A DNA stretch of 60,684 nt, counting the filler. It is 7 parts of 7 records of this genome, joined end to end, with 100 filler letters (N's around TTAATTAATTAA, not from the genome) between each part and the next. Parts side by side here need not be neighbours in the genome. Positions count along the whole stretch, not along the records: positions 1 to 19,986 come from SRR31156797_49175; 6 more parts are not named here. The stretch is one strand, 5' to 3'. Below the pieces are notes generated by a model that saw only the letters and a program-made list of their open reading frames with translations, was not told the DNA's origin and ran no database searches. The position numbers were made by a program, and so were the translations under genes. Shown one piece after another: positions 9,874 to 18,554 of the stretch. Position 1 is the stretch's first letter. Each line of letters starts with the position of its first letter.

Positions 9874-11046
9874 ATGCATTATATGGACAGATCGAGACTG
9901 AGAGGATACAGGGATTACTACAGGGACGCCCTTCTGAAGGATACGGAGCCCTTCTGGTCGGCCCGCTGTCTGGATGGTGAGTACGGCGGCTTCCTGAGCT
10001 TTTTCGACAGGGAGGGCCGCCTGCTCGCTACGGACAAGAACGGCTGGGTCCAGGGGCGGATGACCTGGATGTACGCCCGGCTTTACAACGAGGTAGAGCC
10101 ACGCGAATCATGGCTGGCCGCGGCGAGATCGGGTTATGACTTCCTTCGCAATCATATACTGGATGAGGGAAGGGGCTGGTTCTCCGTCGCCCGGGACGGA
10201 AGCCCCCTCCGCCGGAGGCGTTATCTTTTCGTGGAAGCCTTCGCCGTGATCGCCTTCGCCGAGTACTACAGGGCCACAGGCGATAGGGAGGCCCTTGAGC
10301 AGGCCAAGGGGGTTCTGGAACGGATCTATCTCCTGAAGGACGGGGGGACAGAAGCGAAATTCCATCCCGAAAACGTCCGTCAGAGAGGGCATAGCCTGAC
10401 CATGATCCTGATCTCCGTCCTCCAGATTATGAGGACCGCCGATCCCGATGGAGACTACGATGGGGCAATCGATGCCCAGATCGATGAGATCTTCCGCTAC
10501 TTCGTACGGCCTGGTTCCCATATCCTTTTGGAGACGGTGGGCGAGAAAGGCGAGTTCCTAGACACTCCAGACGGACGGACCGTCAATCCGGGGCATGCCA
10601 TCGAAACAGCCTGGTTTATCATGGAAGAGGCCAGGTACAGGGGTGACGGAGGCCTTCTGGCCAGGATACTGCCCGTGCTGGACAGGCACCTTGAGATGGG
10701 TTGGGACGAGACATACGGGGGGATCGTCTCCTTCTGGGACTGCCATGGACTCCAGCCCTGTCAGATAGAGTGGGATATGAAGTACTGGTGGCCCCATAAC
10801 GAGGCTCTGTATGCGACGCTTCTGGCCGCTTTCATGACGGAGGAGGGCCGTTATTTCTCCTGGTTCGAAAAGATCCATAGTTGGACGGACGCCCATTTTC
10901 CGGACAGGGAACAGGGGGAATGGTTCGGATACCTACACTATGACGCGACGGTTGCCAATACCTTCAAGGGTAATCACTGGAAGAGCTTCTTCCATCTTCC
11001 GCGGCAGCAGCTGTACACATGGAAGCTCCTTGAGGAAATGATCTGA
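9874..11046 (+). CDS. AGE-family N-acylglucosamine 2-epimerase
   Basis: WVQGR, NPGHAIETAWF, KYWWPHNE, GEWFGYL, KGNHWKSFFHLPR motifs. Confidence 0.9.
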   Translation: MHYMDRSRLRGYRDYYRDALLKDTEPFWSARCLDGEYGGFLSFFDREGRLLATDKNGWVQGRMTWMYARLYNEVEPRESWLAAARSGYDFLRNHILDEGRGWFSVARDGSPLRRRRYLFVEAFAVIAFAEYYRATGDREALEQAKGVLERIYLLKDGGTEAKFHPENVRQRGHSLTMILISVLQIMRTADPDGDYDGAIDAQIDEIFRYFVRPGSHILLETVGEKGEFLDTPDGRTVNPGHAIETAWFIMEEARYRGDGGLLARILPVLDRHLEMGWDETYGGIVSFWDCHGLQPCQIEWDMKYWWPHNEALYATLLAAFMTEEGRYFSWFEKIHSWTDAHFPDREQGEWFGYLHYDATVANTFKGNHWKSFFHLPRQQLYTWKLLEEMI

Positions 11047-11078
11047 TCCCGGCGCCTTCCGTGGCGTCCTCCCTTCCA

Positions 11079-11101
11079 GAGCCTCCCATCCCGGGAGGCT
11101 C
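11079..11101 (+). terminator. GC-rich hairpin after epimerase gene
   Basis: GAGCCTCCC-ATCCC-GGGAGGCTC perfect 9-bp stem; weak U tail. Confidence 0.45.
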
Positions 11102-11178
11102 ATATTATAAAACCGAAAGGCAGTCACAATCCTTTGAATCCAACGGATTCCGTTCATTTTAAATGAATCATATTTATC

Positions 11179-11210
11179 TTGACAAACTTATTAAATTAGA
11201 TTTAATATCA
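11179..11210 (+). promoter_or_regulatory. sigma70 promoter overlapped by palindromic ROK-type operator
   Basis: TTGACA at 11179; TATTAAA-N5-TTTAATA perfect inverted repeat (11189-11207) covering spacer and -10; ROK repressor encoded in this operon. Confidence 0.7.
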
Positions 11211-11238
11211 TATTAACAAAGTGAGGAGCGCGAGAATT

Positions 11239-12129
11239 TTGAATGCTATCGGAATCGATATCGGCGGAACAAAAATTGCACTTGGCCTTGTAGACGATAA
11301 AGGCGCAATCCTTGAGTCAGGGATCATTGAGATCAAAGAACTGCACAGTCCTTCCGATTTGATTTCTGCCGTCACGCCTTCTGTCAAAGGTTTTATGGAG
11401 GCGGGAGACCCGGTTGGAATAGGCATTGGTTCTCCCGGTCCCCTTGATATCGGGGAGGGACGCATCTGCAATCACTACACCCTGAACAAGGGCTTGTACG
11501 GGATGAAGATTGTAGACGCATTCAGGAATGAGTTTTCCCTTCCCGTCATGCTGGATCATGATGTGAATACCGCTCTGTGGGCGCACTACTGCTTCGCCGA
11601 TCTGAAAGGCAGCGATTCTCTTATGCTGACCTTCGGTACGGGAATCGGCGGCTCTGTATTCAAGCAGGGCCGGTTCGTTCGCGGAGCCGGAGGCTGCGCG
11701 CCGGAACTCGGCCATGTGCTGATCGCTTCCGGCGGAAGCGAGTGCTATTGCGGTTTGTCAGGGTGTTTTGAGGCCCTCGCCGCCGGATCGGTTTTCGCCC
11801 GCGAGCTTCGTGAGCATTCCCTGTCCATCGATCAATTCTATGATTCCTATGCCGTGAGGGAGCCAGAGGCCGTAGAGATCGCCCGGAGGTATGCGGGATA
11901 TATCGAGCGCGGCGTGATAACCCTGGTCCGTTCGTTCGAACCGGATAACGTGATCCTCGGAGGAGGGATGATGGATCGTTTTTATCCTGTCCTTCTGGAT
12001 CTGATGGATCCGAATTTTCAAGAAAAATCATTTGTGGAAAACCCGTTTGAAATAAGACATTCAAGCTTTGGCAACAAGGCGGGTCTGATAGGTGCGGCGG
12101 GCATGGTATTGAAAGGAGATGAGCTTTGA
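11239..12129 (+). CDS. ROK-family sugar kinase
   Basis: GIDIGGTK, GSPGPLD, TFGTGIGG, ELGH, CYCGLSGCFE Zn motif; TTG start after GAGGAG. Confidence 0.92.
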   Translation: MNAIGIDIGGTKIALGLVDDKGAILESGIIEIKELHSPSDLISAVTPSVKGFMEAGDPVGIGIGSPGPLDIGEGRICNHYTLNKGLYGMKIVDAFRNEFSLPVMLDHDVNTALWAHYCFADLKGSDSLMLTFGTGIGGSVFKQGRFVRGAGGCAPELGHVLIASGGSECYCGLSGCFEALAAGSVFARELREHSLSIDQFYDSYAVREPEAVEIARRYAGYIERGVITLVRSFEPDNVILGGGMMDRFYPVLLDLMDPNFQEKSFVENPFEIRHSSFGNKAGLIGAAGMVLKGDEL

Positions 12130-12893
12130 AAAACACTCTGAGGGATATAAAGATCGGAGGCTTCAGGCTTCTCGTCGTTTCGGACTATGAGGCCCTGAGC
12201 AGGCAGGCGGCCTCAATGCTGTACACACAGGCAGCTTGTAAGCCGGATTCTCATATCAGCATCGCAACAGGCGCTTCCCCCCAGAGGGCATACGGGCTGT
12301 GGGCCGAGAAGATCAGGGAAGCCCGCCTGTCTACGGATGCCCTTCGGATCCATAAACTGGATGAGTGGCTGGGGGTAACGGAAGACGATCCGGCCAGCTG
12401 TGAGTATTTTCTTCGGAAATATGTCATCGGGCCTCTGGGCATTGGCCCGGATCGTTATGACGGGATACGCAATGCAGCCCCTGACGCGGACGAAGAGTGT
12501 CGCCGGATGGCCGAATACCTGAGAACGAATCCTCTGGATCTGTCCGTTCTCGGTGTCGGAACGGAGGGGCATCTGGGGCTGAATGAAGCGGGCGAATCCT
12601 TTGTCTATGAGACCCATAAGGTCAAGCTGGCGGACTCTTCGCGGCAGCATCAGATGCTGGAAGCAAGCGATTCGCTTGTCGAATACGGTATGACCACGGG
12701 CATTGGAGAGATTATGAATGCCCGGTCCATACTCTTCCTCGTGAGCGGAGAGAAGAAGCGGGAAGTGTTCCGTCATTTCATGCGGCGGCTGATCGCTCCG
12801 TCTCTGCCCGCTTCCGTATTGTGGCTGCATCGCGACGTCACCTGCGTCTGCGATCGGGACGCCGCCGCGCTCTGGATGGAGGAAGTGGGGTGA
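12126..12893 (+). CDS. Glucosamine/galactosamine-6-phosphate isomerase (NagB/AgaI family)
   Basis: ATGASP, KLDEW, LGVGTEGHLGLNE, LPASVLWLH. Confidence 0.88.
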   Translation: MKNTLRDIKIGGFRLLVVSDYEALSRQAASMLYTQAACKPDSHISIATGASPQRAYGLWAEKIREARLSTDALRIHKLDEWLGVTEDDPASCEYFLRKYVIGPLGIGPDRYDGIRNAAPDADEECRRMAEYLRTNPLDLSVLGVGTEGHLGLNEAGESFVYETHKVKLADSSRQHQMLEASDSLVEYGMTTGIGEIMNARSILFLVSGEKKREVFRHFMRRLIAPSLPASVLWLHRDVTCVCDRDAAALWMEEVG

Positions 12894-14059
12894 AACGAAA
12901 AGCCATCGGGACGCAGACCGACCTGAAAAACAGCAATTACAGCCGCGTTCTTTCCCTTATTCAGAAGGAAGGAATCATCAGCAAGTCGGATATATCCAAG
13001 AGGCTGGGGCTCAGCATCGTCACTGTCACCAAGGTATGCGACTCCATGTGCGACAGGGGATTCTGCCGCTACAGCGAACTCCTCGAGTCCACAGGCGGCC
13101 GGCGCCCCGTGGGCGTCGAGTTCTTAGCCGACAGCAGGTACATTGCTGTCGTCGATCTGAGTAACGAAGGCTTCGTTTACGCCGCCCTCGCCGATCTGAA
13201 CTGGAATATAGTTTCAGAGAGTCGGAGGGAAATCATTAAGGATGATATCGCCGTCCTGTTGGATTCCATTCAGGAAATCGTTTCGGAGCTTCTGCAGCAT
13301 CCGGACCGTTCGAAGAAGAGCCTGTTAGGTTGCGTCGCATCCATCCCCGGCGTCGAAAACAAACGAAGCGGAGAGATCGATACCTGTAACATCGAGGTCC
13401 TGAAGAGAATCAGCCTTTCCGGGCGCCTGAAGAAAAGCCTGGGCGTCCCTGTCCTGGTTGAAAACGATGCGGATCTGGCGGCCCTCGGTCTGCAGCAGCA
13501 GAGCGGAATCGACAATCTGATGTACCTCCATTTCACAGAGGGGATCGGATTGGGCGTCGTCGTTGATGGCAAGCTTCACACGGGAGCGCTGGGATTCGCC
13601 GGAGAGCTGGCCTCCTTTCTCGCTCCTGATTTTGACGGAGGATCGGGGGTCCTGGAAGATTTCGCGTCACAGCCCGGCTTTCTCGATTACTACCTGAACA
13701 ATCGCAAAGGCCTTCCCGATGAGACGAGTACCAGGGGGCTCCTCGATCATTTTATACAAAATATTGAGTCTTCAGACGGACTGGAGAAAAAAATGATTGA
13801 AGTCGTCTGCAGGCAGCTGGGGAACCTTATATCCCTCCTTATGGACCTTTTCAATCCCGATATCGTCATCCTGGGGGGAGCGGAAAGGAGCTTCCTGGAC
13901 CTTTTTTTGACCGGAATCACCGCTCATGTGCGGGAGCATTCCACACTGGCCAGGTTCTCGGATGTTGAGATCACATACAGGGAAGGGGGAAGCCATCTTA
14001 TCGTAACCGGCGGCGCTTCGCTGTTCTTCAAGTCCTGGTTAAATCAATTTGAGTTCTAA
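12890..14059 (+). CDS. ROK-family transcriptional repressor (XylR/NagC-like)
   Basis: N-terminal HTH (ISKSDISKRLGLSIVTVTK), STGGRRP linker, VENDAD, GIGLG; GTG start overlaps upstream stop. Confidence 0.92.
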   Translation: MKRKAIGTQTDLKNSNYSRVLSLIQKEGIISKSDISKRLGLSIVTVTKVCDSMCDRGFCRYSELLESTGGRRPVGVEFLADSRYIAVVDLSNEGFVYAALADLNWNIVSESRREIIKDDIAVLLDSIQEIVSELLQHPDRSKKSLLGCVASIPGVENKRSGEIDTCNIEVLKRISLSGRLKKSLGVPVLVENDADLAALGLQQQSGIDNLMYLHFTEGIGLGVVVDGKLHTGALGFAGELASFLAPDFDGGSGVLEDFASQPGFLDYYLNNRKGLPDETSTRGLLDHFIQNIESSDGLEKKMIEVVCRQLGNLISLLMDLFNPDIVILGGAERSFLDLFLTGITAHVREHSTLARFSDVEITYREGGSHLIVTGGASLFFKSWLNQFEF

Positions 14060-14077
14060 TATTTTTGGAGGAAAAAT

Positions 14078-15310
14078 ATGAAACGTATGTTGTTGTGTGT
14101 TCTGATGATGTCGGTATCGGCCGCAGGGCTGTTCGCAGGAGGCGCTCAGGAGGAGAGCGGGGATATCACTCTGACGATCATGGCGCCCTGGGCAGATGGT
14201 GAGCTGGAGGGGTTCAAGCCTGTGATGGCGGCCTTTGAAGCTGAGAATCCCGGAATCAAATTGAAGTACGTCGCGGGTAAACCCGAGGACACGGCCACAA
14301 TCCTGGGAAGCCAGTTCTCCGTAGGCAAAACCCCCGCCGATGTTATCGATACATCCTTCTCCTGGTATATCCGGGAGCAGGGCGCCGCCGGCCATCTGCT
14401 GGATTTCAGCGATGACTTCGCCGATGACGATTTCATGCCCGGAGCCATGGACATGGTTTCAGCCGGCGGAAGAGCCTACGGCGCTCCCAGCGTGGGCGGC
14501 GTTACCATCGCGGAGTACAGAAAGTCTTTCTTCGAGAAAAACGGTCTCGAAGACCCCACCACTCTCGGCAGCTATGACGATTTTCTGTCCCTGATCAAAG
14601 AGATCCAGAAGATCGACGGCGTGGAAGGGGCCATCGGATCCGGCGGCGGCGTCGGCTGGACCTTTACCAGCGTCGTCGAGACCCTGATCCTTACTTTCGG
14701 CGGCGTGGATATGCACAAGGGGCTTACCGCCGGCGATATCTCCTGGACCGATCCTGATGTGAAAAGGATCCTGATGAGCTATCTGCTGCCCCTGATTCAG
14801 GAGGGATACTATGGAGAGCCTGACGAGTTCGATGCGGTTATCAAGGCGATGTGGGACGGAATCCACGGCATCTATATCGGCGACAGCACAGACAATATGA
14901 TGCTCGATCCGGCTCTGGACAGGGGCGTCTTCCTCTATCCCGGCCAGAAAGGCGTCGTGCTCTGGAACGATTTCTGGTTCGCCCCCAAGTACACCGAACA
15001 CGAAGCGGAAACCAGGAAGCTCCTGAAGTTCCTGGCCACACGCGGACAGGAGATTCAGATCTCCCACGGCGGAAGAATGGCAACCTATACGAAGATCCCC
15101 CTGGACAGCTATCCCCAGTCCGAAAGAGAGGTCTTCCAGGTCATCAAAGACGTCGCCGTCGTTCCCGATATGGACGATACCATCGGCGGAAAATTCCAGG
15201 CCACCTTCTGGGATCAGATGGGGCTTGTATGGTCCGATCCGTCTGAGTCGACTCTGGACTCTGTGCTGGAGACCCTTCAGGCGGCCTCTGAAGAGACCCT
15301 GGGAAAATAA
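14078..15310 (+). CDS. Carbohydrate ABC transporter substrate-binding protein
   Basis: Signal peptide LFAGGAQE; SBP family 1 length and motifs; followed by two permeases. Confidence 0.9.
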   Translation: MKRMLLCVLMMSVSAAGLFAGGAQEESGDITLTIMAPWADGELEGFKPVMAAFEAENPGIKLKYVAGKPEDTATILGSQFSVGKTPADVIDTSFSWYIREQGAAGHLLDFSDDFADDDFMPGAMDMVSAGGRAYGAPSVGGVTIAEYRKSFFEKNGLEDPTTLGSYDDFLSLIKEIQKIDGVEGAIGSGGGVGWTFTSVVETLILTFGGVDMHKGLTAGDISWTDPDVKRILMSYLLPLIQEGYYGEPDEFDAVIKAMWDGIHGIYIGDSTDNMMLDPALDRGVFLYPGQKGVVLWNDFWFAPKYTEHEAETRKLLKFLATRGQEIQISHGGRMATYTKIPLDSYPQSEREVFQVIKDVAVVPDMDDTIGGKFQATFWDQMGLVWSDPSESTLDSVLETLQAASEETLGK

Positions 15311-15321
15311 TATCAATAAAC

Positions 15322-15351
15322 GGGAGCCCTTCCGGCGGACGGAAGGCTCCC
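15322..15351 (+). terminator. Intercistronic stem-loop after second SBP gene
   Basis: GGGAGCC..TTCCG...CGGAAGGCTCCC inverted repeat. Confidence 0.55.
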
Positions 15352-15369
15352 CCCACACTGGAATCCCTT

Positions 15370-16257
15370 ATGAAAAAAGTAGAAAAAGATACGATTCTGT
15401 TTCTGGCGCCCGCCCTGCTGCTGGTCATCGTCTTTCTCGTATTTCCATTGGTACAGTCGATCGTCCTCAGCCTTCTCAACGGCTCCGGAGAGTTTGCCGG
15501 GCTTGATAATTATATCTCGGCCCTCAAGGACCCCCGTGTTATCAATTGGAAGAACATCCCCGGCAGGGCTCCCTACGGGGCGCTTGTGAACAACCTCATC
15601 TGGATCCTTCTGCATCTTCCGGCGACCCTTTTCCTGGGGCTGGTCCTGGCCATTCTGCTTCAGAAGGTAAGGGGGGGCGGCATGATACAGACCATCATTT
15701 TCCTCGGGATGGTCATCCCCATGGTGATAGCCGGAATCCTCGTGCGCTTTCTCTTTTCGAAGAACGCGGGACTGATCAGTAATATCTGCAAATTCCTGAA
15801 TATCGACTCTTTGAGCGGAACCTGGACCGCCCATCCCCAGACGGCGCTTCCTGCGCTGATTCTGGTTTCCATCTGGTTATGGACCGGCTATACGCTGGTC
15901 GTCTATAGGGCGGCGCTGACCGGCATCCCTTCTTCCTTTTACGAGGCGGCTCAGATAGACGGAGCCACTCCCGTCCAGAGCTTCTGGAACATAACCCTTC
16001 CCCTTTTGAAACCGGCGACGGGGGTCATTATCATCATGACGGTGATCTGGGAGCTGAAGCTCTTCGATATCGTCTATGCCTCAACGGGCGGAGGTCCCGG
16101 CAATTCCACCAACGTGCTGGCCCTGGAGATGTATATGACCGCCTTCAAGTTCGGCGATCAGAACAAGGGCGCTGCCATCGCGACCCTGATGACGCTGCTT
16201 TCCGTCGTGCCGATCTATTATTCGGTGAAAGACGGAATCGGGAGTAATAAATCATGA
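15370..16257 (+). CDS. Carbohydrate ABC permease (MalF-like)
   Basis: YEAAQIDGAT EAA loop; TGGGPG. Confidence 0.93.
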   Translation: MKKVEKDTILFLAPALLLVIVFLVFPLVQSIVLSLLNGSGEFAGLDNYISALKDPRVINWKNIPGRAPYGALVNNLIWILLHLPATLFLGLVLAILLQKVRGGGMIQTIIFLGMVIPMVIAGILVRFLFSKNAGLISNICKFLNIDSLSGTWTAHPQTALPALILVSIWLWTGYTLVVYRAALTGIPSSFYEAAQIDGATPVQSFWNITLPLLKPATGVIIIMTVIWELKLFDIVYASTGGGPGNSTNVLALEMYMTAFKFGDQNKGAAIATLMTLLSVVPIYYSVKDGIGSNKS

Positions 16258-17072
16258 AAAAAATCGGCAATCTTCTGGCCTGGCTGTTGGGTCTCGTCTG
16301 GAGCCTTCCGTTTGTAGGGCTCTTCATCGCCTCCGTAAGACCGGGGGACGAACTGAACAGAGGCTGGTGGAACCTGGAGAGCCTTTCCATTACGGCGGAG
16401 AACTACTACCGGGTGTTGATCAGCTCCTATATCCCCATGCTGAGGCCCCTGTTCAACTCGGCCTTTGTGTCCCTTGCGGGAACCGTAACGCCCATAGCCA
16501 TCGGATCCCTTGCGGCCTATGCCTTCGCCAGAAAGTATATCCCCGGGAAGAAGATCATATTGATCCTTCTGCTGAGCCTTATGGCTATTCCCCTACAGAT
16601 GGTCGCCATCCCCATGTTCCAGATCATCTATAAGATGAATATCCTGGATAGCTACTGGAGCCTGACGATTCTGAATGCGGCTACCGCCATCCCCTGGGTT
16701 GTGTTCTTCCTTTCCAATTTCATCAAGAGCCAGCCCATTGAGGTGGAAGAGGCGGCCCAGATCGACGGCTGTTCCAGTTTCACGATCTTCAGCAGGATCG
16801 TCCTGCCCCAGACCAAACCGGCCTTTATATCCGTTTTCGTTCTGCAGTTCGTCTGGTGCTGGCTGGATTTCTTCCTGCCCCTGCTCTTTATCTATTCGCC
16901 GGAGAAATACACGGCGGTACAGGTGATTCCCATGCTGAGGGGACAGTTCGTCACCAACTGGGGGCTTCTGTCTTCCGCTTCCGTCCTGGTTACCGCCGTT
17001 CCCTTGCTGATCTTTCTGTTTCTGCAGAAATACTATATCGCCAGCTCTGTGGGTTGGGTTCCTGATAAATAA
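16254..17072 (+). CDS. Carbohydrate ABC permease (MalG-like)
   Basis: EEAAQIDGCS EAA loop; FLQKY terminus; ATGA overlap with upstream gene. Confidence 0.93.
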   Translation: MKKIGNLLAWLLGLVWSLPFVGLFIASVRPGDELNRGWWNLESLSITAENYYRVLISSYIPMLRPLFNSAFVSLAGTVTPIAIGSLAAYAFARKYIPGKKIILILLLSLMAIPLQMVAIPMFQIIYKMNILDSYWSLTILNAATAIPWVVFFLSNFIKSQPIEVEEAAQIDGCSSFTIFSRIVLPQTKPAFISVFVLQFVWCWLDFFLPLLFIYSPEKYTAVQVIPMLRGQFVTNWGLLSSASVLVTAVPLLIFLFLQKYYIASSVGWVPDK

Positions 17073-17143
17073 GGCCCCCGGCCCTGAGAGGATGAATCGC
17101 CGGGGCTCCGATGAAGCTCCGGCAGTGTGGAGGAGTAAAATAA

Positions 17144-18544
17144 ATGCATTCGTTGAGACTCTACTCGGGAATCGATATTCCCGGAGACTATGTGGATACC
17201 GTTGTCAGCGGGGCTGTCAGCCTTCTGGAAGATCCCGGAATCGAGTTGAAGAGCGAGACCCTGAGAGGCTTTTTTTCCCAGGCCTATCCCTCTGTCAGCT
17301 TCAGGGGAGACCGGATCTGTTTTGCGAAGGATACGGTCTATGATTTTATCAGCGAGCTCAGGGAACAGGCCCATGTCCGCCGTTATGAGCATGAGGGCAC
17401 GCTCTCCCACGGCGAGTCATGGAACTGCCTGAATCTGGCGGATGTCGGCGCAGGACAGGTCAGACCCGCTACGGGGGAAGACCTGGCGAGGATCGTCCGT
17501 TTCCTCGACAGCTACGGCGTCAGGGGACGGGTCCCCCCCGTGTCTCCCTCAGAATACCCCGCTCAGCTTCGGGATCTTCACGGCACAAGGATCTGTCTGG
17601 AGAATTCCCCCGTCTACGGAGCCCCGACGGATACGCCCGCAGAAAAGGAAGCGGAGCTGTACAAAGAGATGTCCCGGGTAGCCGGGCGCAAGATCTGGAT
17701 CCTGGGCATGCTGCTTCTGAATCCCATGCGCTTTGACGAACGGGTGCTGGAGTTTGTGCTGAAGCACAGGGACGCTCCCGAATTCGATATCGAGATGGTC
17801 AGCGGATTGCCCTCCCTGGGCAGTACGGCGGCCCTCGTTTATCCGGCCTCCCATATGCAGGGCCTGGCGGAGGATCTCGCCTCCTGTCTGTTCATGAAGG
17901 CCGCTATGGGCTATAACGAACCGCCCTATCTCAGGGGAGATCCCTTTGACATGAGGTATATGAACTTCGTTATCGCCGGGCCGGAATACATCATGTCCGA
18001 CATGGCCAACAGGGCCTTGTACAAGCACTTTACGGGAGAGGACCGCTGGTGGGGTTATCTGCTGACCATGAGCAAATGGCCCGACCAGCAGGCCATGTAC
18101 GAGAGAAGCACATGCTGCTACCTCCAGGCCCTTAACGGCGCCAGCTATTTCAAGGGCAGCGGACAGATGGCCTCGGATGAAGTCTACAGCCCCGAACAGG
18201 TCGTCTTCGACCGGGCGATCGTAAGAGGGGTGGAGCATATGATCAAGGGCTCGGCTGTTACCCAGAACCTTGACGAGGCGTTGAAGACCGTGAGGGAGGG
18301 GATCGCAGAGGGGCATTTCCTCTCCCACGATACCACCATGGAAAACTTCAGAGACTTCTTCTGCGACAAAGAGATCTTCGAGGCGACCAACCTGGGGCAG
18401 TGGCGTGCCCAGGGGGAGCCGGAGGCGCTGTCCCAGGCCTCCCGGATCGTAGAGGATGCCGTCGGGAGCAACGGCTTTGAAAGGCCCGATGAGGAGATTC
18501 GGGAACTGAGAAAGATCTGTAAGAGGGGAGAGGAGATCCTGTAG
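17144..18544 (+). CDS. Trimethylamine methyltransferase (MttB) superfamily, non-pyrrolysine
   Basis: 466 aa; LLEDPGIEL N-terminus, GDPFDMR, SKWPDQQAMYE, YSPEQVVFD, GHFLSHDTT; no internal TAG. Confidence 0.82.
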   Translation: MHSLRLYSGIDIPGDYVDTVVSGAVSLLEDPGIELKSETLRGFFSQAYPSVSFRGDRICFAKDTVYDFISELREQAHVRRYEHEGTLSHGESWNCLNLADVGAGQVRPATGEDLARIVRFLDSYGVRGRVPPVSPSEYPAQLRDLHGTRICLENSPVYGAPTDTPAEKEAELYKEMSRVAGRKIWILGMLLLNPMRFDERVLEFVLKHRDAPEFDIEMVSGLPSLGSTAALVYPASHMQGLAEDLASCLFMKAAMGYNEPPYLRGDPFDMRYMNFVIAGPEYIMSDMANRALYKHFTGEDRWWGYLLTMSKWPDQQAMYERSTCCYLQALNGASYFKGSGQMASDEVYSPEQVVFDRAIVRGVEHMIKGSAVTQNLDEALKTVREGIAEGHFLSHDTTMENFRDFFCDKEIFEATNLGQWRAQGEPEALSQASRIVEDAVGSNGFERPDEEIRELRKICKRGEEIL

Positions 18545-18554
18545 TGGGGCTCCG

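Noticed and set aside
6761..17072. Both sugar ABC systems lack an ATPase gene
   Set aside because: Common for CUT1 transporters, which share an MsmK/MalK-type ATPase encoded elsewhere.
18542..18544. mttB ends in TAG: possible pyrrolysine read-through
   Set aside because: The TAG is at the natural C-terminus of a full-length protein, not the internal Pyl position; no pyl genes seen.
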